A DNA stretch of 35,710 nt from Bacillota bacterium (lineage in GTDB: Bacteria > Bacillota > Sulfobacillia > JABLXB01): assembly GCA_018434225.1 (NCBI GenBank), contig JAHDPS010000088.1, positions 1 to 35,710 on the forward strand, written 5' to 3'. This document shows, one piece after another, positions 26,165 through 34,829 of this stretch; the first letter of the stretch is position 1, and each line of letters starts with the position of its first letter. The position numbers and the translations under genes are program-made. A model generated the notes under the pieces. The model ran no database searches. It was not told the origin of the DNA and saw only the letters and a program-made list of their open reading frames with translations.

Positions 26165-27543
26165 GCCAGATCTAACACACTCAGAAAATGGCGTAGTCTG
26201 GGCGTTTCCTTGACGAGCCGAAGGCCGCGTATCTGAGCGGGGTTTCTCAACACGGATGCCATTGAATCCGCGACGGCGTCCATGTGACGATCCGTGTACA
26301 CCCTCCTGGGTATCGCGAGGCGCAGAAGTTCAAGATCGGGCGGCATCCAGTCACCCGTCGCGGCGTCCTTCTTTCCAAAAGCCAGCGTGCCGAGTCCGAC
26401 AGTCCTGACCCCCGAATCCAGGTATAGAGCCACCCCAAGAGCGTCGGCGGGGAACTGATCCATCCCCAGGTGCGGCACCGTCTTCTTGCAGTCCACGTAC
26501 ACGGCGTGCCCTCCTGCGGGCTTGACCACCCTCGCACCGGCGGCTTCCAGTTCTCCGGCCAGGTACGCCACCTGCCCGATCCTATCCTCCAGGTATGGTC
26601 CTGCCAGGCCCTCGCGGAGGCCCCTCGACATCGCCTCCAGGTCCCGACCCGCAAGGCCGCCGTACGTGGCATACCCCTCGAACAACACGAGGTACTCGAG
26701 GCATCTATCATACAGATCCCTGCTATTCAGCGCGAGAAACCCACCGATGTTCACCAGGGCGCACTTCTTGGCGCTGCATGTGGCTCCGTCGCCGTACGAG
26801 AACATCTCGCGGGCGATCTCTGGTAGGCTCTTGTCCTGGTAACCGGGCTCGCGCTTCTTTATGAAATAGCAGTTCTCCGTGAATCTCGCCGAGTCGAAGA
26901 ACAGGGGGATTCCGTGTCTCCTGGCGACGGCGCTCACCTCGCGGATGTTCCGCATCGAAACCGGCTGGCCACCGTTATTGTTGCACGTCACCGTGATGAT
27001 AATCATGCTCACGCTGTCCGCGCCGCGCATCTTGATGAAATCCTCCATGCGTTGCACGTCGACGTTCCCCTTGAACGGATGCGCGCTCCCGGTGTCCAGG
27101 CCCTCGGGGATCATGAACTCTTCGCCAAGGCACTGCTTGTGTTCGATGTGAGCCACGGTGGTATCGAAGAACATATTGCCCAGGACATAACTGCCGGGTT
27201 TTGTCTGGGCCAGCATGAGGATGTTCTCAGCCGCGCGGCCCTGGTGAGTGGGGATCACGTACCGGTAGCCATATATGTCCCTGACCGTCTCCTCGAGATG
27301 GAAAAAACTCCTGGAGCCGGCGTACGCCTCGTCGCCCATCATGACGCCGGCCCACTGGCTATCGCTCATGGCGCCGGTGCCGCTGTCCGTCATGAGATCG
27401 ATGTATACGTACTCGCTGGGGATCCTGAACTGCAGGTACCCCGCTCTCTTCAGTATCTCTTCCCTCTGTTCCCTCGTGGTGATGCCAACCAGTTCCACGG
27501 CCTTGATCTTGAACGGCTCAGCGCCGGATCTCCTGGACACCAC
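26161..27543 (-). CDS. tnaA: Beta-eliminating lyase, tryptophanase (tryptophan indole-lyase) type
   Basis: Family-wide match (EPFKIKAVE..YIDLMTDSGTGAMS..PTHQGRAAE..SAKKCALVNIGGF, containing the PLP lysine). FFDTT (Asp) and C-terminal LRHF (His) are the residues I recall as distinguishing tryptophanase from tyrosine phenol-lyase (Thr and Phe there). The start was moved from 27618 to GTG 27543, with AAGGGGG 8 nt upstream, giving 460 aa. Confidence 0.75.
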   Translation of the reverse strand: MVSRRSGAEPFKIKAVELVGITTREQREEILKRAGYLQFRIPSEYVYIDLMTDSGTGAMSDSQWAGVMMGDEAYAGSRSFFHLEETVRDIYGYRYVIPTHQGRAAENILMLAQTKPGSYVLGNMFFDTTVAHIEHKQCLGEEFMIPEGLDTGSAHPFKGNVDVQRMEDFIKMRGADSVSMIIITVTCNNNGGQPVSMRNIREVSAVARRHGIPLFFDSARFTENCYFIKKREPGYQDKSLPEIAREMFSYGDGATCSAKKCALVNIGGFLALNSRDLYDRCLEYLVLFEGYATYGGLAGRDLEAMSRGLREGLAGPYLEDRIGQVAYLAGELEAAGARVVKPAGGHAVYVDCKKTVPHLGMDQFPADALGVALYLDSGVRTVGLGTLAFGKKDAATGDWMPPDLELLRLAIPRRVYTDRHMDAVADSMASVLRNPAQIRGLRLVKETPRLRHFLSVLDLA

Positions 27544-27696
27544 ACAACCAGCCCCCTTTCCAGGACGTCCGGGATTCAGTATTCCATACCCGGTGCGGCG
27601 GCTCCTGTAAGCGGGCAAACCCCGGGGGGATCGATCTCGGCTGGAAAGGATCGACCGCCACCGGCGAGCGCTTCCCCCCCGCGAGCGCGGTCACCC

Positions 27697-29115
27697 TCAG
27701 CGGGCGCAGTCGCTCCCGGCCGGACGGCCAAGGCTGGAGCGAAGCAGCGTGACGGCTTCCCGGGGGAACTTCAGCCCCAGCACACCGCATGCCGCCAGGA
27801 TGTACTCCTTGTCTATCAGCACCTCCGCGGAGCGGGGATACAGCGCGTCGCGGAAGCCCCCGCCCGAGATCTCGCGCAGGATCGAGGGGCCGGCCGGCAA
27901 CCGCGTGAGCGCGCCGCCCGTTCCCACGATCCACTTGACCCGAGTAAGGTCCTTCCCGTCGGCCACGGTCATGCGACCGGAAGGCCCGTAGAGATGGCGG
28001 ATCCTTCCGGCGTGCCGGGACACGGCCGTCAAGACGCACTCGCGCGTCAGCCGCTCCAGAAAGACCGTCTCCTCCCTGCTGCGCGGGAACGGCCTCGCCT
28101 CGGCCACCATCCTCTCCAGCACGGAAGCCGCGTCGAAGCCCAATTCGGACGATAGGGCGCCCCAACCGATGCGCTCAGCGACATTAGCGGCGTTCACGAA
28201 CACGCCGAGATCGCCCTCGACCGTCCTCTTGGACAGCGGCTCCGGGTTGATCAGGATCCTATTGATCTCCTCGGACCCGCCGGTGACCGAGTGTACATCG
28301 GTCGTCGCTCCCCCGACGTCGAGCACCATCAGGTCCTCCATCTCCCGGTACAGGAGCGTGGCGGCCTCCATCGCCGCGCCCGGCGTCGGCACGATGGGGC
28401 CGTCCACCATCTGGCGGATCTTCTCCATCCCCGGGGCCGAGACAATGTGCTGCTCGAAGACTCGCTGGATAGCGGTCCTGGCCGGTCCGACGTTGAGATC
28501 GTCTATTCTCGGGTAGACGTTCTCGACGGAGATGACCTTCAGGCCGGCGCGCCCCAGTATCCCCTCGACCTCGTCCCGAGCCGCGACATTGCCCGCATAG
28601 AGAATGGGGGCCGCGAGCCCGTCTCCGCCGGTCGACGCCAGCGATGCTATCCGCTCCGCATTGTGAACGCAGGTAGCCCGTTCGCCGTAGTCCACCCCGC
28701 CGGCCAGGAGGATGATGTTCGGGCGCAGCCGCCGGATCTGATCCAGGTCGGAGTCCCCCAACTTTCCGGCGGTGATCATCTTGACGATGGCGCCCGCACC
28801 AAGGGCCGCCTCCTTGGCCGCGCGTACGGTCATGTCGTAGACCAGCCCGTGCACCGTCATCTTCAAACCGCCCGCCGCCGAGGACGACGCGAGCATGGTG
28901 TCGTATTCCACGGCGCCGACGCCCAGGCTCGTCGCGAGCGAGGACAGCGCGTCCCTGAGGCCGATGGTGACATCGCCGTCGAGTACGGTCGTCCTCCCGT
29001 GACCATGGGCAAGGAGGCGGGGGCTACCCGCCTCCTTGCCCAGGCTGAATGCGTTGATCTTGGTGGTCGTGCTGCCTATCTCGGCTACTAACGCGTCTAT
29101 CCTCATCCGGTTCAC
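27697..29115 (-). CDS. GlmL/MutL-like (glutamate mutase component L family) protein, presumed B12-aminomutase chaperone/reactivase
   Basis: The N-terminal MRIDALVAEIGSTTTK (ASKHA/actin-like ATPase phosphate-1 motif) is typical of GlmL. A second LDVGGATTDVHS motif is present. The gene starts 3 nt after the oraE stop. Confidence 0.75.
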   Translation of the reverse strand: MNRMRIDALVAEIGSTTTKINAFSLGKEAGSPRLLAHGHGRTTVLDGDVTIGLRDALSSLATSLGVGAVEYDTMLASSSAAGGLKMTVHGLVYDMTVRAAKEAALGAGAIVKMITAGKLGDSDLDQIRRLRPNIILLAGGVDYGERATCVHNAERIASLASTGGDGLAAPILYAGNVAARDEVEGILGRAGLKVISVENVYPRIDDLNVGPARTAIQRVFEQHIVSAPGMEKIRQMVDGPIVPTPGAAMEAATLLYREMEDLMVLDVGGATTDVHSVTGGSEEINRILINPEPLSKRTVEGDLGVFVNAANVAERIGWGALSSELGFDAASVLERMVAEARPFPRSREETVFLERLTRECVLTAVSRHAGRIRHLYGPSGRMTVADGKDLTRVKWIVGTGGALTRLPAGPSILREISGGGFRDALYPRSAEVLIDKEYILAACGVLGLKFPREAVTLLRSSLGRPAGSDCAR

Positions 29116-29118
29116 CGT

Positions 29119-31362
29119 TCAGCGCCTCTCCCGCCTCGTCTTTATCAGGAAGCTCGCCACATCGGCGCCCTTCGCGCCGCGCCCGAACCCGCCGTCCAAC
29201 CCCGATTCCACCGCCATGTCCCTGGTGATCTGCGTTCCGCCCGCCACCAGGATCACCTTGTCGCGGATGCCCTTTTCGACGCACAGATCGCTCAAGCGCT
29301 TCATGTTCTTCCTGTGCACATCCGCGTGGGTGATAATGGTGGAGACGAGAATGGCCTCTGCGTCCACCTCGATGGCCGCGTCCACGACCTTCTCGACGGG
29401 AACCGATGTCCCGAGGTAGTGGCACTCGATGCCGTACTTCTCCAGGCCGCCGTGCTTGATGTCGATGATCTCCCGCATCCCCACGGAATGCTCGTCCTCT
29501 CCCACGGTGGCCGCGACGATCCTCATCGGATGGGCCTTAACGTCGGCCCGCATCTCATCCTCGGGCAGGTTCTCCACCTTCGGGGGTATGACAAGCGTTC
29601 CCGGATCTACGTCGATCTCAAGGATGCCCTTCACCTCGACGACCGTGCCCTCCGACGGGTGGGCCGCCAGCTTGTGAATTACCTCCGCGTCCTTCATGCC
29701 GATCTTTTTGGCTATTTCCAGGGCTGCGTACTGGGCCGTGCGCTCGTCGGTCGGCAGGAAGATCGTCATCGCGACGTATCCGTCCGCGTACCACTGCACC
29801 TCGGGCCTGAGCAATCCAGCCTTCCGGTGTTCCGCGAACTTGCCGAGGCGCACGTTGACGTTGTCCTCCTCGTCCAGCTCGTCGATGAACTGGATCTTTG
29901 AGGGATCGCACAGCGTACAACCCCCGATCAGATCGCACGGCTTGCCGGCGCCTCCGCCGGATGCTCCCGGCAGATTATTGTAGCCGAAGTGCTCGCAGAC
30001 GGGAGCCAGGTAGTCGGGATCCCTGGGCACGATCGTCCCGGCGCCGACGCCACCGTTCGGAGCCCTCACGATCCCGTCGCCGTTTCTCTCGGGGTACTCG
30101 CCGGAATCGACGAAGAATCCCCTGGAAACCGCCTCGAAGTACCCGCCGATCTCCACCATCTCTCTAAGGAAGAGCACGGCCCGCTCCTTGATCTCGCGTA
30201 CCTTCTTCCCGAGCGGCCCGTCCATCTTGAGATCGACCATTTCCCTGAGGCCATCCATCGCGACCAGGGCCTGCTTCGCGGTGTCCACGGCGGCGATGTT
30301 ATTGTAATGCCAGGGGACGTTTCGCCCCTCGTCGGGGGTAATGGTGCTCTGGATGTCGGCTGAGGTCAGCCTGCTCATCAGCAAGTTGAGTACGTGGGTG
30401 ACGGTGGCCTCGCGCGCGTCCGATTCCACGTATCTCGTGTTCATCTGCGCCCTGAACTTGAATTCCCTGAACAGCTGCCTCAGCGCGACCGCGTAGGGCA
30501 GATCGAGCCTCATGCACGGCGCCGGCGACGACGTGGGCGGGACCGTCGACAGGCAGATGCTGCCTCGGGGCATGCCGGCTCTCACCGAGAACGCGCAGTT
30601 GATCGCGTGTTGCACGAGCAGCTCCGGCATTACCTTCCAGGCCTCGCGCGCCGTGGCGTTGGCGTTGTGCGCACCGTCGATCTGGGCTATCCCCTGGGAT
30701 CCTATGATCCTCTTGGCGACGGCCGCGTCCACGAAGGACCTCATCATGTTCACGTTGCGATACAAGATGTTGTACTGGGGATCCTGGTGAGCCCCGTTCA
30801 CTCCCTCTTCGGCGAAGAGGACCGCTATCTCCGGTCCGGCCACGCCCGACACGTAGGAGTGGAAGTTGATGGGGCGTCCCACCTCGTCCTCTATCATATC
30901 GAGGGCCTTCCGGGTGGCGCGGACCTGCTTCCTCGTCACTGGAATACCGCCCACGCCCTCGGGGGTCCCTTCGATCAGCCCGTCGAAGTGGCTTTGCCCG
31001 GCCGTGCGTATTACCATCATGTGATCGGCGCCGTGCCAGGCCGCCATCCTCATCCTGCGGATATCGTCCTCGAACCGGCCCGAGGCTATTTCCGTCGTAA
31101 TCACGCAATCGGGCTGCGGATCGATGCCGCCGAAGTACTTGGCCGCCGGAAGAGGGATGTCCCTTTCAAGGGGTTCGCTCGTCTCGTTGTACTGGAAAGG
31201 ACCCGCTTTGCGGGGTGTGTTCGCGCCTTCCCGCCAGTGCCATCCCTTTCTCCTTGGTCGATAGTCCTCCAGCCCTTCCAGAACAGCCTCCACGCTGATC
31301 CTCTTCGTAGGATCCAGGTTCTCGGGACCAAGGCCCGCCTCGCGATCTCGCTCGACGCTCAC
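29119..31362 (-). CDS. oraE: D-ornithine 4,5-aminomutase, large (beta) subunit
   Basis: The 747-aa product has a TIM-barrel-like PLP domain fused to a C-terminal B12-binding domain with the DxHxxG motif (GEDEHSVG). It is paired with a 127-aa oraS. The GTG start overlaps the oraS stop (GTGA). Confidence 0.9.
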   Translation of the reverse strand: MSVERDREAGLGPENLDPTKRISVEAVLEGLEDYRPRRKGWHWREGANTPRKAGPFQYNETSEPLERDIPLPAAKYFGGIDPQPDCVITTEIASGRFEDDIRRMRMAAWHGADHMMVIRTAGQSHFDGLIEGTPEGVGGIPVTRKQVRATRKALDMIEDEVGRPINFHSYVSGVAGPEIAVLFAEEGVNGAHQDPQYNILYRNVNMMRSFVDAAVAKRIIGSQGIAQIDGAHNANATAREAWKVMPELLVQHAINCAFSVRAGMPRGSICLSTVPPTSSPAPCMRLDLPYAVALRQLFREFKFRAQMNTRYVESDAREATVTHVLNLLMSRLTSADIQSTITPDEGRNVPWHYNNIAAVDTAKQALVAMDGLREMVDLKMDGPLGKKVREIKERAVLFLREMVEIGGYFEAVSRGFFVDSGEYPERNGDGIVRAPNGGVGAGTIVPRDPDYLAPVCEHFGYNNLPGASGGGAGKPCDLIGGCTLCDPSKIQFIDELDEEDNVNVRLGKFAEHRKAGLLRPEVQWYADGYVAMTIFLPTDERTAQYAALEIAKKIGMKDAEVIHKLAAHPSEGTVVEVKGILEIDVDPGTLVIPPKVENLPEDEMRADVKAHPMRIVAATVGEDEHSVGMREIIDIKHGGLEKYGIECHYLGTSVPVEKVVDAAIEVDAEAILVSTIITHADVHRKNMKRLSDLCVEKGIRDKVILVAGGTQITRDMAVESGLDGGFGRGAKGADVASFLIKTRRERR

Positions 31363-31742
31363 GCCTCCGCGCCCCCTCTCACCGGCTTGCCCCTAAAAGA
31401 CTGTTCGACTTCGTCCCATCCATCGCCGGCAGCCAGATTGAGACCCGCTTCCCTGGTCCCGCAGCCTCGCATTTTAGACAGCCTGTACACGCAGTTGCCC
31501 GCGCCCTTCCCCAGCAGGCCCCTCTCCAGGCACTTATCCACTATCCCCTTGGCTTCGAGGCTCGAGAATCCCATGCGCAGCAGGACCGACCTCTCGATGG
31601 ACGGCGAGGTGTGCGTCCTGGCCAGTTCCACGAGGGGATCGACCACCTTCCCGGCCAGATCCCAAAATTCCTTGTGCAGATCCCCGTCGGTCAGGCGCGC
31701 CACCGCCGCGCGCCTCTCCCGGTAATCGTCAGCGCGTTGCAT
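31359..31742 (-). CDS. oraS: D-ornithine 4,5-aminomutase, small (alpha) subunit
   Basis: The 127-aa product (TSPSIERSVLLRMGFSSLEAKGIV) lies immediately upstream of, and translationally coupled to, oraE. Confidence 0.8.
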   Translation of the reverse strand: MQRADDYRERRAAVARLTDGDLHKEFWDLAGKVVDPLVELARTHTSPSIERSVLLRMGFSSLEAKGIVDKCLERGLLGKGAGNCVYRLSKMRGCGTREAGLNLAAGDGWDEVEQSFRGKPVRGGAEA

Positions 31743-31749
31743 CGTGGCA

Positions 31750-33192
31750 CTACCCCCTTATAGTCACGCCCAACCGTGTCAGACCGTCCACTACGAATGC
31801 CTCCGTCTCGCGGGTCTCCTCCGCCAGGAACCGGACGTCTTCGGGAGCGACCTCCTTGACCCCTGTGTTGTTGACGGTGTTTCTGATCAGCGAATTCCGC
31901 GTCTCGGTCAAGTCGAAATCCTTCACCGTCACCTGGGACGGGTGTTCCGGAATCACGATCGCCTTGCCCGGCACGTTCTCCCTCGGATCCCCGCGCCTGA
32001 CCTCCACGCCGTTCTCGCGCGCGAACGTGAGCTGCGCGGTCGGGTGCTTGCCCGCGCCGGTGTACTCGGTCTCCTGCACCACGAGTATCTGGTCCCTGTC
32101 CATATCCCTGGCTATGGCGATGGCTCCGGCCAGAGAGGTATTCCCCGCGGGACCCCTCTCCAGGCCCTCGATCTGGGCCAGCATCTCTGTCACATAGAAG
32201 ACCTCGCCCTGCGTGACGGTGACGTACCTGTCCATGTACCTGAGCGGCCTCGCGGCGTTGCGCGGGACATCGGCCCTGTCAGGCCACGTCGCAAACGGAA
32301 TGCCGAACCCCGTGTGGCCGGTCGTGAACGATTTTCTGTTGAAATCCCTGTCCGAGGCCATGTGGAGGCCCGATAGGTCGACGCTCACCCCGATGACCTT
32401 GGTCCGCGTGGCGCCCGTCTTGATCAGTCCTCTAGCGGTCCCGGTCACGTTTCCGCCGCCCGCGTGCGTGACGCACACCGCGTCGGGGTCCTTGCCGAAT
32501 CTCTCGCGGACCTGGGCCACGAGCTCCGAGCCCAGCGTCTCGATCCCCGCGATCCCAAAGGGCGTGTACAGCGAGGCGTTGAAATACCCCGTCTCCTCGA
32601 GCAGCCTGAGGAAGACGTAGAAGAGTTCAGGCCCAACGGTGAGCTGGACCACCTCGGCCCCGTAGGCCTCGCACGCCCTCCCCTTCTCCACGATCTCCGG
32701 TTGCCCGAGGCCCCTGCTGTCGTGCACCTCCTGTACCACGATGCACTTCAGGCCCCTTATCGCGGCCTGGGAGGCGACGGCGGCCCCGTAGTTGCCGCTG
32801 GTGGCGGATATTACCCCCTTGTACCCGAGCTTCTTGGCGTGGTATACGGACACGCTGGCCCGCCTGGCCTTGAAACTGCCGGAGGGGTTACACGCCTCGT
32901 CCTTTATCAGGATCCTGGCGCCCTTGCCCCGCGGGGATATCCTCCTGACGATCTCGGTAATGTTTTTGAGTTCAATCAAAGGCGTGTTGCCTATGTTCGT
33001 CTCACTCTGGATGCGCTCGATCTCGTCCAGGCTGTACGCGGCATCCCTCATCATGCCCTCGTAGTCAAAGGAGATCTTACCGCGGGCGAACTTGTTATAG
33101 TCGAGTCCCACGGACCTGAGCATTATCTCCGGCCGCCTCGCCATGACCGCCTGGTAGCTGTGATCAGACCGGTCGCGAACCTCTCCGTTCAC
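31750..33192 (-). CDS. ortB: 2-amino-4-ketopentanoate thiolase, beta subunit (PLP, Trp-synthase-beta fold)
   Basis: The PLP-lysine motif NPSGSFKARRA is present and the product is about 480 aa. The gene follows ortA with a GTGA overlap (33189-33192). Confidence 0.85.
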   Translation of the reverse strand: MNGEVRDRSDHSYQAVMARRPEIMLRSVGLDYNKFARGKISFDYEGMMRDAAYSLDEIERIQSETNIGNTPLIELKNITEIVRRISPRGKGARILIKDEACNPSGSFKARRASVSVYHAKKLGYKGVISATSGNYGAAVASQAAIRGLKCIVVQEVHDSRGLGQPEIVEKGRACEAYGAEVVQLTVGPELFYVFLRLLEETGYFNASLYTPFGIAGIETLGSELVAQVRERFGKDPDAVCVTHAGGGNVTGTARGLIKTGATRTKVIGVSVDLSGLHMASDRDFNRKSFTTGHTGFGIPFATWPDRADVPRNAARPLRYMDRYVTVTQGEVFYVTEMLAQIEGLERGPAGNTSLAGAIAIARDMDRDQILVVQETEYTGAGKHPTAQLTFARENGVEVRRGDPRENVPGKAIVIPEHPSQVTVKDFDLTETRNSLIRNTVNNTGVKEVAPEDVRFLAEETRETEAFVVDGLTRLGVTIRG

Positions 33193-33542
33193 GCCTCATC
33201 ACCCCCGCCCTGCAGCATGGCCCTGAGTTCCAAGCCCACCTTCGCGAGTTCGGGCACGGGTCTGCCGAAATCATGCTCGTGAGCGGGGTTGACGGCCACC
33301 AGCTTGCCGCTCACGAGTCTCCCCGTAAGCGTCTCGATCGTGACTTCCTCCCCCACCTGCGCGTCCTGCTGGATGAAGCCCTTTATCCTCATTTCGAGCG
33401 GTACCTTGTGTGTATCTTCCGGTACCTGGGGGGCCCGCTCCTCGGGTTTCAACACAACACCGTAGACCTGCACCCAATCGCCCTTCTTCGCCCGCTCGAT
33501 CTTACCGGCTGTTTCCGCAGCCGAGAATCCCAACACGCTCAC
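33189..33542 (-). CDS. ortA: 2-amino-4-ketopentanoate thiolase, alpha subunit
   Basis: KKGDWVQVYGVVLKPEERAPQVPEDTHKVPLEMRIKGF matches the recalled OrtA signature. The track ORF (to 33731) is over-extended, and its N-terminal 63 aa are Arg/His-rich junk. GTG 33542 forms a GTGA overlap with the ord stop. GTG 33536 is an alternative start with a GGGAG RBS. Confidence 0.8.
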   Translation of the reverse strand: MSVLGFSAAETAGKIERAKKGDWVQVYGVVLKPEERAPQVPEDTHKVPLEMRIKGFIQQDAQVGEEVTIETLTGRLVSGKLVAVNPAHEHDFGRPVPELAKVGLELRAMLQGGGDEA

Positions 33543-34582
33543 TCCCTTTCGACAAGTTCCCTCAAGTCGCACATCCAGGCCCTCGGAACCGGCAGGTCGT
33601 TCATGGTGACGAGACCTGGAGCGGCGTTGAGGACGGACGGTATCATGTTCACGGCGATCGCGATCGTGCCGATTCCGCCGGGTATCTCCGGTCTGATGCT
33701 CAGGTTGATGTTCGGCTCGCCCTCGATCCATATGTAGTCGCCTGTCTCGACCCCTTCGGCCTCGGGCCTAATCTGCTGCGGATGCTCGAGTGTAATGACC
33801 TCTTTGCCGTTCGCGAATCCCCTGCCGATGTGCCTGCAGCCCGCGACCATCCCGGGCTCGACCTTGACGTGGGGCGTTTCCCTGTGCGTCTTAGATATGA
33901 TCGGTTCCCTGCTCTGCTTCACCTCATCCAATTTCCAGCCGAGCGCCTTTGCGATAAGCATCATGGACTCCGGGAAACCTATGTGGCCGACTACGCTGCC
34001 GTCCTGCAGCCCTGCCTTGAACCCCTCGGGCGTTGTCCCCACGCCCTGAGTCCTCATGACCGTCGGACCGAATGGGGACAGGTCGTTGATTCGGGCCGCC
34101 CGCACCTTCGTCACCTTCGTGCATACGCCGGTGAGAGAGATTATGAGGGTGTCCAGGACGAACCCCGGGTTGATCCCGGTGCCGAGGACCGTAACCCCGT
34201 GCTTCTTCGCGGATTGGTCGATCTTCCCGGACAGTTCGGGGCTGCCAGCCCACGGATACGCCATTTCCTCGGCTATGGAGATGACGTCGAGCTTGGCCTT
34301 CATGCAGTCCTCCAGCTGGTCATATACTTCCTTCACGCACGAAGCCGTCGAATGAAGCACTATGTCCGCCTCGACCTTGCCGATCACGTCCGCCGGATTC
34401 GCGGTCACGGTGACCCCGGTTTTCTTGCCTGTGCCCAGGGCCTCTCCCAGATCCACCCCCGCTTTCTTGGGGTTCGACCGTATCGCCCCGACTATCTCCA
34501 CTCCAGGCCGGTTCAGGAGCACTTTACCCTTACCGCCGCCCATCGCGCCGAGACCCCATAGAATCACTCTCACATTGCGCAT
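33539..34582 (-). CDS. ord: 2,4-diaminopentanoate dehydrogenase
   Basis: Rossmann motif VILWGLGAMGGG is present with a DapB-like fold and a 347-aa product. The start was set to ATG 34582, preceded by AAGGAGGAG with 6-nt spacing (the track start is 34651). Confidence 0.85.
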   Translation of the reverse strand: MRNVRVILWGLGAMGGGKGKVLLNRPGVEIVGAIRSNPKKAGVDLGEALGTGKKTGVTVTANPADVIGKVEADIVLHSTASCVKEVYDQLEDCMKAKLDVISIAEEMAYPWAGSPELSGKIDQSAKKHGVTVLGTGINPGFVLDTLIISLTGVCTKVTKVRAARINDLSPFGPTVMRTQGVGTTPEGFKAGLQDGSVVGHIGFPESMMLIAKALGWKLDEVKQSREPIISKTHRETPHVKVEPGMVAGCRHIGRGFANGKEVITLEHPQQIRPEAEGVETGDYIWIEGEPNINLSIRPEIPGGIGTIAIAVNMIPSVLNAAPGLVTMNDLPVPRAWMCDLRELVERE

Positions 34583-34774
34583 GAACCGCTCCTCCTTTTG
34601 TCGGGCGCCCCATGTCGGGGGCCCCTTTATCATGATCAGAAGCACACGCAATTACCGTGCCACAGGGGACGACCCCGGCATTCCCAAACCATGAATATCC
34701 CAAGCGCTGCTAGAAGATATAGGGCCCCGCACCGAACGGTCTCTCGCGACCTTCCGGGCAGGGTCCTCAGCCTC

Positions 34775-34801
34775 GCAAGAAGCAAATTATTTTGCTTTTG
34801 C
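34775..34801. repeat. AT-rich imperfect inverted repeat between orr and ord
   Basis: gcaagaagcaaa (34775-34786), ttat, tttgcttttgc (34791-34801) pair over 11 bp with one bulge. This is the most AT-rich spot in the 247-bp orr-ord spacer and lies 28 nt after the orr stop. Confidence 0.5.
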
Positions 34802-34829
34802 GCCAATTACCATGCAGGCGGCCCGCAGA

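Noticed and set aside
27619-27696. Direct repeats gcgagcgc (27665-27672 and 27681-27688) and ggatcga between the glmL-like and tnaA-type genes, considered as a terminator or operator.
   Set aside because: They do not form a stable hairpin with a U-tract. They are short GC-rich repeats of a kind expected by chance in this composition.
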